From positions 1 to 26,296 of IMG/VR virus record IMGVR_UViG_3300017784_008157: a stretch of 26,296 nt of DNA. One strand, written 5' to 3'. The notes beneath the pieces were generated by a model. The model made no database searches, was not told the DNA's origin, and saw nothing but the letters and a program-made list of their open reading frames with translations. This document shows positions 18,122-26,129 of this stretch, piece after piece (position 1 is the stretch's first letter; each line of letters starts with the position of its first letter). The stretch is from a virus. Its lineage: Duplodnaviria > Caudoviricetes. A program made the position numbers and the translations under genes.

Positions 18122-18786
18122 AGTTCTAAAAATGGTGATTTAGATTTAAAATCTCCGACTGGTTTACATCCTTTTTTATTAAATCTGTAAATAACTCCTT
18201 CTTTAATTTCATTATAATCTACTCCTTTAGTAGATGAGAAGCTATTTTTATCAAAAAATAACGTACTACCTTGTCTTGCAATAAACATATCTAACGTATT
18301 TGTATTGACTATCCAAAGCCCAAATGTACCTTTAAGTAATTCTAATACGTAACTAATTAATAAAACTTCATTCTCAATTGTATTAGCTTTTTCAAAAGTG
18401 TTTTCAAAATGTTTTAATAATGCTGGTATAATGCTACTATCTACTACATTTTCATGATCGGGTAAGTATTCTTTTTTAAGCTGCTCAAAGTTAGTTAATA
18501 CTCCATTATGAGCTACAACCCAATTATTATTTATAAATGGATGTGAATTATGCTCTTTCCATATTCTAGCTGATGAAGTAGGCGCTTGATTATGTCCAAG
18601 ATATATAAAACCATCCTCTACAGGTAGTTTAATCTTATTCCAATTAAAAACACCTTCTATTTTTTGAATATCATAGTCTTCACCATTATGGTATAATAAT
18701 CCAGAAGCAAAATTACCTCTTTGTTTATTTGCTTGATCTAGAATCTCAAATTTACTAGTATTAAATGATCCAAATATTCCACACAT
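18118..18786 (-). CDS. Class II (Ntn) glutamine amidotransferase-like protein
   Basis: N-terminal MCGIFG, RG, LGHNQAPT, SHPF, VAHNGVLTN, VDS; stand-alone 222 aa domain. Confidence 0.88.
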   Translation of the reverse strand: MCGIFGSFNTSKFEILDQANKQRGNFASGLLYHNGEDYDIQKIEGVFNWNKIKLPVEDGFIYLGHNQAPTSSARIWKEHNSHPFINNNWVVAHNGVLTNFEQLKKEYLPDHENVVDSSIIPALLKHFENTFEKANTIENEVLLISYVLELLKGTFGLWIVNTNTLDMFIARQGSTLFFDKNSFSSTKGVDYNEIKEGVIYRFNKKGCKPVGDFKSKSPFLEL

Positions 18787-18795
18787 CTTATCACT

Positions 18796-18829
18796 ATTAT
18801 ATGTTACAACAACCTAAATTCAATAAATA
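18796..18829. promoter_or_regulatory. Back-to-back promoters: sigma70-like TTGAAT-N16-TATAAT (-) for the GATase and late TAAATA (+) for the 603-aa gene
   Basis: TATAAT 18801-18796, TTGAAT 18823-18818, TAAATA 18824-18829 (7 nt before ATG 18837). Confidence 0.6.
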
Positions 18830-18836
18830 ATATGGT

Positions 18837-20648
18837 ATGAACAACCTTTTTAGTTGCAGTTGGGTAAAAAATACTAACGTTTTAGTTGAAAAACATATTG
18901 CTCTTAATGAAGCAAAAACAATAGCAGCTAATATAGCTGGCCCGTCAATTAAATTAGCTACTAAATTAAAGAAACAAGGTATAATAGGTGGTACACCATA
19001 TAGAGATGTATGGCTATCGTTAGTTTCTACTTTCTTAAAAAATGACCCTGAAATTTCTAAGTATATCCCACCATCTGTAAAGAATAAATTAGGTTTAGGA
19101 GTTATGCCGTTAATGAGTGCAACAAAAGTATCTACGATAGTTAATAAACTTTTATCAGGTGAATCGTTAGTAGATAAAGATAATCCAAATCCAGCTGATG
19201 CAGGTATTGAAGTACCGTTAGCAGAGCCAATGGCATTGTATAAGACAATGATGAAGCGACTAGAAGAGTATGGTAGTGCAAAAGTAACTGACCCGGTTAC
19301 TGGTAGAGAAATGACTAACCTTGAAAAGTTCTTACTCCAATTAAAAAAGGTAACCGATATGCAGGATGATAAGCCTAGTGACGAGTCAGGTGACGAAGCT
19401 GAAGGTATTGAAGATACAATTCCAGAACCAGAAGATAAACCGAAAGATGATGATTTAGGTGGGATTCGAGGTGCAGTGAAAGGTATTGAAAAAGGGGAAT
19501 CTTTTGAGTTCCAAGAAGGTGAGGACGACTACGATACATTAACTAAAAACTTAGATATGGACACCTCACTTGAATTTGTTCAACCTGTAGATAAACAATC
19601 AGATCTTTATAAAGTTGAAATCGGCGATTATGAATTTATGGTTGTACTTCGTGGTACAAAAGGTAAAGATATAATGGTATCAAACTTGACACCGGATAGT
19701 ATTGAAGCTTTAAACGTATTTGATACTGGTAAGAAAGATCGTTTTGAAGCACCATCTGTTAAGATGTTTAAGACACCTAAAGGGGGTACCTTTGCAGATG
19801 TTGTCGGTTATTACGGTGAACGCCCTGATTTACCTGAAGATTATCCTACGGGTGAAGGTGAGTTAAAAGGCGAACATCCATTAATGAAAGGGGGAACTGC
19901 TCAATCGAGACCTAAGATGGTGTATATGACCAAATCTAGCCCAGCAATGAATGATGAGCCGCATTGGAATAAAATTACTAAAACCCTTAAAGATATTGAA
20001 GATGAAGCTTTCTTCTCTGATGAAGGACCTTCTCGTTCAGAAGGTATGTATCAAAAGCCAATGGGTCCAGCTACATGGAAACCGGAACATGCTAAATCTA
20101 AATTATCGGTTAGAAGAGCTGGTGAACCTGAAACAGAACCAGGTGAAGAAGCTTGGTCACCAATGAGTAAATCTGTTTTACCAGCCAAAAAGAATTGGAG
20201 AGATTTTGAATTATCAGGATCTAAAAAACAAGAACCTTCATCTTTTGATAAAGATGATCCACTATCAGACGAACCAGAAAAATTCGATCCTAGAATCGCA
20301 GAATTTGGTGATGACTTTAACCCTAAAATGAAATACTCAATTGACCTAGAAGATGAAGAAGGATATCCAGAAGATGAAGAATCTAATGCCTTATCTAAAC
20401 GTATCGATAAATCTCGTTTAACGGATACCCCGGTTGCAAAAGGCGGCCATACGACAAATTCCCCAGACGATGGATGTGAAATGACTATCGATGATGAAGG
20501 TGGTATGCGTGTTAAGAATCCAAATGTAGATATGGTTCAACGCGTTGCGCAATCAAGACATGAACTCAATAAACGGATGGAAGAAGAACGTAGAAAAAAA
20601 CTTCAGAGCAAATTTGCTACTGAACAAAAATACCGTTTAGGGTATTAA
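18837..20648 (+). CDS. Large acidic, partly disordered hypothetical protein (603 aa), probable late/virion protein
   Basis: Long ORF, D/E/P/K-rich C-terminal two-thirds; late-type promoter; no recognisable catalytic motif. Confidence 0.8.
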   Translation: MNNLFSCSWVKNTNVLVEKHIALNEAKTIAANIAGPSIKLATKLKKQGIIGGTPYRDVWLSLVSTFLKNDPEISKYIPPSVKNKLGLGVMPLMSATKVSTIVNKLLSGESLVDKDNPNPADAGIEVPLAEPMALYKTMMKRLEEYGSAKVTDPVTGREMTNLEKFLLQLKKVTDMQDDKPSDESGDEAEGIEDTIPEPEDKPKDDDLGGIRGAVKGIEKGESFEFQEGEDDYDTLTKNLDMDTSLEFVQPVDKQSDLYKVEIGDYEFMVVLRGTKGKDIMVSNLTPDSIEALNVFDTGKKDRFEAPSVKMFKTPKGGTFADVVGYYGERPDLPEDYPTGEGELKGEHPLMKGGTAQSRPKMVYMTKSSPAMNDEPHWNKITKTLKDIEDEAFFSDEGPSRSEGMYQKPMGPATWKPEHAKSKLSVRRAGEPETEPGEEAWSPMSKSVLPAKKNWRDFELSGSKKQEPSSFDKDDPLSDEPEKFDPRIAEFGDDFNPKMKYSIDLEDEEGYPEDEESNALSKRIDKSRLTDTPVAKGGHTTNSPDDGCEMTIDDEGGMRVKNPNVDMVQRVAQSRHELNKRMEEERRKKLQSKFATEQKYRLGY

Positions 20649-21383
20649 TTTACAACCTTTTTGGTCGTAAAGCTTTTCAAGTTTTTCCTGTTGAATATAC
20701 ATGATTGGGTCTTTATAACCAGCTTCAATAAATCCACGCAATCTAAGACTGCTTGACGGGGTATCTGCATCAGCTAAACCATCCTCTCTATTAGAATAAC
20801 AAGTCCAAGTATCTTTGAAGTTTACCTTAAGTCTAATACCTTCCTCGATAATCTCCTTCTTAGACATTACCAATAGTGGCGCTTGGATCTTTACTTTGCT
20901 CTTACGGTTTAACATTAGTAGGTTATTAACTGAATCTAAGAATTCATTACTACCATCCCAATAACCAGCCAATGAGTCTGCTTGAGCTGCTCCATACCAA
21001 ACAGTATCACATTCTAACGTTTCAGCATAAGCTGATGCGATTGATAAAAACATTAAGTTACGAAACGGTACATAAGATACTGGTTGTGCATCGCCAGCCA
21101 TTTCTTTTATATTTGGATTAGCAATATTATGATTAGTTAATGACGATTTATTAGCAATATCTTTAATATAAGATACATCTAATACTTTATTATTAATGGT
21201 AATGTATGGATGACTATCAGTGAGAGATTGTATTTGTTTATTAACGCATTCAAGCTCTCTTTTATGACGCTGACCATAATAAAAAGAAACTGTATAAATC
21301 TCTGTATAACCTTTATTAGCTGCCATATGTAGCAGTATGGACGAATCCATACCACCACTTAGAGTTAAAACTATTTTAGACAT
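20637..21383 (-). CDS. queC: QueC-family (7-cyano-7-deazaguanine synthase-like) PP-loop ATPase with degenerate Zn site
   Basis: PP-loop LSGGMDS, YGQRH.RE, SSLT, SYVPFRNLMF, APL..SK.EII, TWTCY, R..GF..AG..DP..Y. Confidence 0.9.
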   Translation of the reverse strand: MSKIVLTLSGGMDSSILLHMAANKGYTEIYTVSFYYGQRHKRELECVNKQIQSLTDSHPYITINNKVLDVSYIKDIANKSSLTNHNIANPNIKEMAGDAQPVSYVPFRNLMFLSIASAYAETLECDTVWYGAAQADSLAGYWDGSNEFLDSVNNLLMLNRKSKVKIQAPLLVMSKKEIIEEGIRLKVNFKDTWTCYSNREDGLADADTPSSSLRLRGFIEAGYKDPIMYIQQEKLEKLYDQKGCKLIP

Positions 21384-21391
21384 TCTTTATA

Positions 21392-22492
21392 TTATTCTGT
21401 TTCCCCGTCTTCAACTTCTAGTGGTACATCAGTATTAAGCTGCGAACCATATGCCCAAGCAATCTTCATTTTCTCTTCCATACCTGGAATAATTGTTTTC
21501 ATCCAAAGCTGTTCGTCTCTTCCCCATTTAGAAAAATATCCGAGTTTTTCACCGCTTGGTAATGAATAAGTAGGCCCTGCCTGATTAATAACTCCTAGAC
21601 CAACAGCAATTTCAGTAAGACCGTAAAATCTATCCAGACCAGTTGAGAATGAAAGGAACATTTCACCTTCGAGATACTGTTTAATAAATCTATTTTTTAT
21701 CGTTAACGCTCTAATAATAACTCCGGAATAATTCTTTTGAGCAACTGCAAGTTTAGCTTGATCATTTTTACCTTCATCTTTAACTGGTTTTCTAGCAAGC
21801 TGAATAGTTAGAGATGGTAGATAAACTACTGAACGACCACCTGGCATGTTCTTTTCTAATGACGGATACATTGCCATAGGGTCATCGTAAACGTGATTAG
21901 TCATTACAATGGTCGTTTGAGTAACTGCACCGAGATTAGTACAAGTCTGCATCAACGTTTTCATTGCACGAGCTTTCGTACCAGTGTCTTGACTAGTACT
22001 TTCTTTATCCATTCTCTTAATATCCATTTCACTTTGCAAATTACCAAGCGAATCGATAGCAATAAAAAATTTACCTTCTAATTTTGCTTCTTTTACTGAA
22101 GTCAAAAACTTATAGATTGCATTTCTAGTTTGTTCAATACTTACACAAGGTACATATTTAACTTTACTAATATCTAAACCAAGACGAGCAGCTGATTCGG
22201 GCTCAATTGCATTTTCAGTATCAAAAATAACTACCGTCATGCCAGCTTTTTGAGCATTTGCTGCAGCTTGAATTATAAAGTATGTTTTACCGGTCATACT
22301 CGGTCCAGCAAAAACAGTGACTCTGCCTTTAGGGATACCCCCGAAGACAGAGCCGCTTATAATTGCATTTAAAACGTAACTACCTGTATCAACCCAACCT
22401 TTAACGGTGCTAAGAGTACTATCGTTAAGAAAAGTAGCAAATGGGTTAATATCATCAATTGTATTGAGAGTTTTTAGAATGTCTTTATCCAT
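21392..22492 (-). CDS. uvsX: RecA-like recombinase (T4 UvsX-like)
   Basis: DTGSYVLNAIISG, Walker A AGPSMTGKT, FDTENA, IDSLGNL, NHVY, GG, KNRF. Confidence 0.93.
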   Translation of the reverse strand: MDKDILKTLNTIDDINPFATFLNDSTLSTVKGWVDTGSYVLNAIISGSVFGGIPKGRVTVFAGPSMTGKTYFIIQAAANAQKAGMTVVIFDTENAIEPESAARLGLDISKVKYVPCVSIEQTRNAIYKFLTSVKEAKLEGKFFIAIDSLGNLQSEMDIKRMDKESTSQDTGTKARAMKTLMQTCTNLGAVTQTTIVMTNHVYDDPMAMYPSLEKNMPGGRSVVYLPSLTIQLARKPVKDEGKNDQAKLAVAQKNYSGVIIRALTIKNRFIKQYLEGEMFLSFSTGLDRFYGLTEIAVGLGVINQAGPTYSLPSGEKLGYFSKWGRDEQLWMKTIIPGMEEKMKIAWAYGSQLNTDVPLEVEDGETE

Positions 22493-22497
22493 ACCTT

Positions 22498-22525
22498 AGT
22501 ATAGACCATTACTAAAAAAAATCAA
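22498..22525 (-). promoter_or_regulatory. Sigma70-like promoter TTGATT-N16-TATACT, 5 nt before uvsX ATG
   Basis: Read directly on the minus strand. Confidence 0.65.
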
Positions 22526-22779
22526 TTAACTACTTGAACATCCATTACCTTTTTACTGTTAATTAACGTTTCAGTGATCTTCTTAGAAAGAGCGTTGTTC
22601 TTATCCATGTTTTCAATCATAAAATCTCTCCATGAAAGAAATACTCTACGAATCTTTTCAAGCTCTTTATCAGCTACTCTACCCTCACCACGATCGGTAC
22701 CATCAATAATCTTAGTCATTACGGTTCTTGCACCGGTAATACCATCGGTTTGACCCTTACGAAATTCTGCAGTTGTCAT
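22522..22779 (-). CDS. Hypothetical protein (85 aa)
   Basis: ORF; TAAATA (22791-22786) 6 nt upstream. Confidence 0.7.
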   Translation of the reverse strand: MTTAEFRKGQTDGITGARTVMTKIIDGTDRGEGRVADKELEKIRRVFLSWRDFMIENMDKNNALSKKITETLINSKKVMDVQVVN

Positions 22780-22817
22780 ATAAACTATTTACGTAACCGT
22801 TTTTTATATTCAACCAT

Positions 22818-22842
22818 AAAAAAAGCCCCTCCTGGGGCTTTT
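22818..22842 (-). terminator. Rho-independent terminator (possibly bidirectional)
   Basis: AAAAGCCCC-TCCT-GGGGCTTTT stem; T7 tract follows on the minus strand just after the 22847 stop. Confidence 0.85.
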
Positions 22843-22846
22843 GTTT

Positions 22847-23092
22847 TTAAACTGATTCGATATAATTTCTTACAGCAGTTGTTAAACTTTCATTATTCCA
22901 CTGCGGGTTATCGTAGTTATTATCACTTAAAGCATCTAGCTTTACTAAGCCAACCTCACCAATAAAAACATGAACAGTTTTATCAGTAGGGCTATCGACG
23001 ATCTTTTCAATTATAATCTCATTAACTGTTTTTGTAATTGCCGGACGAACAACTAGCTCTTTACTTTGTGATAAGGGTACGATAAAACTCAT
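22847..23092 (-). CDS. Hypothetical protein (81 aa)
   Basis: ORF; TAAATA (23103-23098) 5 nt upstream; followed by terminator. Confidence 0.7.
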   Translation of the reverse strand: MSFIVPLSQSKELVVRPAITKTVNEIIIEKIVDSPTDKTVHVFIGEVGLVKLDALSDNNYDNPQWNNESLTTAVRNYIESV

Positions 23093-23116
23093 ACTATTAT
23101 TTATGTTTTATAGATA

Positions 23117-23476
23117 TTATTCGTCAAATAATTTAATAACTTCTGGTTCAGAGGTAGCAGCCTTTGGTGGCACGTTAGCCGCTTCAATGATTCTATCATA
23201 TTGGCTAGTGATCTTACCATCTACTGCGAAACCAGTACCGATAGCAATATTAGCCTTATTAAACGTGTAGCTAAAGTTTCTATATGTCTTATCATCATTA
23301 AAAATAAATTCACCTAAGAATAGCGGAATAAGCTGTACTTGAAACTGCCCATTTTGAGGTTGTACTAAGATCATAACTGGGTTCTGAATAGTGAGTTCAG
23401 TGTTAGTTTCTGACCCAAGTACTCCGAGAATGTTTCTACCTGTATTATCAATAATTGTTACGTATTTTTTGTCCAT
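23117..23476 (-). CDS. Hypothetical protein, possible Sm/LSm-like beta fold (119 aa)
   Basis: Pattern TGRNILG.L...LTIQNPV.I resembles an Sm1-like motif; promoter TTGATT-N16-TAAAAT (23509-23482) 5 nt before ATG. Confidence 0.65.
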   Translation of the reverse strand: MDKKYVTIIDNTGRNILGVLGSETNTELTIQNPVMILVQPQNGQFQVQLIPLFLGEFIFNDDKTYRNFSYTFNKANIAIGTGFAVDGKITSQYDRIIEAANVPPKAATSEPEVIKLFDE

Positions 23477-23505
23477 AAAGTATTTTATAATTAATTATAT
23501 GACAA

Positions 23506-26079
23506 TCAAGATAGTAGATCAAAAAGATTAGTTTGAACTAGACTACCAGGCTTTTGAGCTGACCATTTAACATTCTCATAGAAGCGGTTAATAACAGAAA
23601 AGATATGATTCTCAAACATTGCATCATAATCTGCTTCAAACTCTTTATTAAACTCTTCCGGATAATAATATTTATAAGCAATAGCATCTACATGGTAACC
23701 GTTAGACTTTACATAAAAGTATCTAACTTTATCTCCTGAACCGATCTTTTCATACTTTGTTGCAATATTAAACCTATCTAGTAACAGATTATGTATATAG
23801 GCTGCTTTAACATGAGCTGGCATACCTTTAGCTAATTTAAAACCGTCGCACTGCGATGAATACTTCTCGTATTGACTAATACCGGATACAAATGTAATAT
23901 CTTCTACCGGTAACTTCTTAAAGATTTCATAAGTTTCATTCAATACTAAACTGGTCTCATTTATATTACGAGTTAACATCATCGTTTCGATAATCTTTTT
24001 AACGTAAGGTTTAATTGCACTTGGCATTGTACTTCTAACTACTTCAACCCCGGTATATTTAAACTTATTACAAGCAATACCTTCATCATCTAAAATATGA
24101 AGTACGTAACGTTTCTTCTGTAAAAAAATACCTACATCAGCGATAGCCTCACGTTTAAAAAGGAATCTACAATCCTTAGAATTAAACTCTTTTATACCCC
24201 ATACCTTAATATGTTTATTAAGATAGTCTTGAATCTCATCAACAATAGCGTAGGCCTCTTTAGTAACCTTACTGCCTTGACTAAACTTTATAGTGCCGTC
24301 TATAAAAAGCGGTTTAATGGATACATAACTTGAATCCGTATCATTATAGATAATGCATTTATTGAGAGTCTCGTCATCAATGGTACTAATTTTGCTTCTA
24401 ATATACTGCTTAAGCAATTCATTAGAGTATTTAATGACCGATTGTCCGGTAAGGGTGATTGAAGAAGCGATATCATCGTCGCCAAAAGGAGCATTTTTAT
24501 TTCCGAAGTATCCATAAATTGAATTAATAAAGACTTTAATGCACAGCTGCTTTGCATCGAGCTGATCGATTTGTAGTTTAATTTGTTTACCTTGAGAGCT
24601 AGTTTTATCACACTCAGAGTAATCCTTTTTCAGTTTCTTTAGTAACTTTCTAACATCTTGACGTTTATCGTAGTAATAGTCAAGAATTTCTGGTATTACC
24701 CCTTTCTTCTTTTGAGTAAAGAGTACATTTGCTTTACTAATAGCAATTGACTCTTTCTCTTTAAAGAGTTCAAACTTTTCTTTAGTTAAACTAAACACTT
24801 TACCACTAGTATGACGTATAGACAATACACCATCAGTATCACTTTCAATAACACCTACTTTAGTCTCCATAGACATATTCAAACTAATCATCACATTTGG
24901 GTATAGTGAGTTAGCATCGAATGAAATAATGTTTTGTTGAAAGCCACTTAATGGTTCACCTACATACGCCCCGGGGTTTTTACTACCATCATCTTCTCCT
25001 CTAATAAAAGAAGGTATCTTTTGATGCCGATAACGAGCCTTAACTGCAGTTGCACCATTAATAACGGAAAGTGATCCCATTGCAGCTTCAAACGTAGTTA
25101 GACCGACATATGCTAACATACGAATTAGTTCAGTATACTTTAGTTTCTCTTCTAACTTAGTAAGAAGTCGAACGTCTTGAATGTTGTAATCAATAAACGT
25201 CTTCCAATCACTATCAGCTAACGTTGCAAGATTCATTGCACCGAAACTTACCTTACCTTCACCTAATTCAACCTCAGCAATTGAGGATAGTTTATAGCTT
25301 TCACGTAGACCTTGACAGAATCTCTTATAAACATCAAGATAGTCAATCAAAGATACACCTTCAATATACCAACGTACTTGCTGTTGACCGAATTTACCTT
25401 TTACATCGCGGCTATAAACATTACCTGAAGGTGAAAGACGTTTAGTAAACTCTTCACCAAGTATTTTATTACAACGATTGATAATATAAGGTATATCGAA
25501 GAACTCTGAGTTCCAGCCAGTTAAGATATCTGGGTAATCACTCTCAAAGTACTCAATAAACTTAATAAAGATCTCTTTCTCAGTAGAACATTTAGTATAA
25601 ATGACATCAGCATCAGTAGCTGTATAGTCTTTTACCCCCCAAGTTAGATACTTGTTAGTTAACGAGTCGTAAACCGTAATAACGTTAACTGGAGCCTCAG
25701 CTTTATTAGCGTGGGGAAAGTCATCTGGAGCATATACCTCAATGTCTAAGAACATTGACTTAATTGGATGTTGACTAAACTCAGGAGTCTCATTATCCTT
25801 CCAGAACATATCAACAAGAAACTGTTGAGTAGCTGGTAAATTTTCAAATACGCGCTTAATATTTGAGTCTTTTATAAACTTGAAACGCTCATACTGCGAC
25901 CTGAATATCTTTTTAGATAGTTTAGTACCGTAAATTGATTGAGCATCGCCGTTATTGCTCTCTACATACAGATACGGGTCGTGGGAAGCCTCGACCTTAA
26001 TACGTTTGCCATCTTTGTCCCAGGTAAAAAGAGTAACGCTTCTATCTTTACCGTTATAGTATATATTTCGATAGCTCAT
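23506..26079 (-). CDS. gp43: Family B DNA polymerase (T4 gp43-like)
   Basis: ExoI FLDIEV, ExoII GWNSEFFDIPY, ExoIII YNIQDV; polymerase SFDANSLYP, KVFINSIYG, YNDTDS, KKRY; no intein seen. Confidence 0.97.
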   Translation of the reverse strand: MSYRNIYYNGKDRSVTLFTWDKDGKRIKVEASHDPYLYVESNNGDAQSIYGTKLSKKIFRSQYERFKFIKDSNIKRVFENLPATQQFLVDMFWKDNETPEFSQHPIKSMFLDIEVYAPDDFPHANKAEAPVNVITVYDSLTNKYLTWGVKDYTATDADVIYTKCSTEKEIFIKFIEYFESDYPDILTGWNSEFFDIPYIINRCNKILGEEFTKRLSPSGNVYSRDVKGKFGQQQVRWYIEGVSLIDYLDVYKRFCQGLRESYKLSSIAEVELGEGKVSFGAMNLATLADSDWKTFIDYNIQDVRLLTKLEEKLKYTELIRMLAYVGLTTFEAAMGSLSVINGATAVKARYRHQKIPSFIRGEDDGSKNPGAYVGEPLSGFQQNIISFDANSLYPNVMISLNMSMETKVGVIESDTDGVLSIRHTSGKVFSLTKEKFELFKEKESIAISKANVLFTQKKKGVIPEILDYYYDKRQDVRKLLKKLKKDYSECDKTSSQGKQIKLQIDQLDAKQLCIKVFINSIYGYFGNKNAPFGDDDIASSITLTGQSVIKYSNELLKQYIRSKISTIDDETLNKCIIYNDTDSSYVSIKPLFIDGTIKFSQGSKVTKEAYAIVDEIQDYLNKHIKVWGIKEFNSKDCRFLFKREAIADVGIFLQKKRYVLHILDDEGIACNKFKYTGVEVVRSTMPSAIKPYVKKIIETMMLTRNINETSLVLNETYEIFKKLPVEDITFVSGISQYEKYSSQCDGFKLAKGMPAHVKAAYIHNLLLDRFNIATKYEKIGSGDKVRYFYVKSNGYHVDAIAYKYYYPEEFNKEFEADYDAMFENHIFSVINRFYENVKWSAQKPGSLVQTNLFDLLS

Positions 26080-26084
26080 GAATT

Positions 26085-26116
26085 ATTATATTAATTCTGT
26101 TCCATTATAATAAATA
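26085..26116. promoter_or_regulatory. Divergent promoter region: TATAAT (-) 5 nt before polymerase ATG; TAAATA (+) upstream of the PT-repeat gene
   Basis: TATAAT 26090-26085; TAAATA 26111-26116. Confidence 0.55.
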
Positions 26117-26129
26117 TTAATGAAAAACA

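Noticed and set aside
2752-25445. Other nested ORFs (2752, 3933, 10816, 13442, 13663, 13887, 15010, 19951, 21893, 22750, 24300, 25224)
   Set aside because: All overlap better-supported genes or a terminator and have no recognisable motifs.
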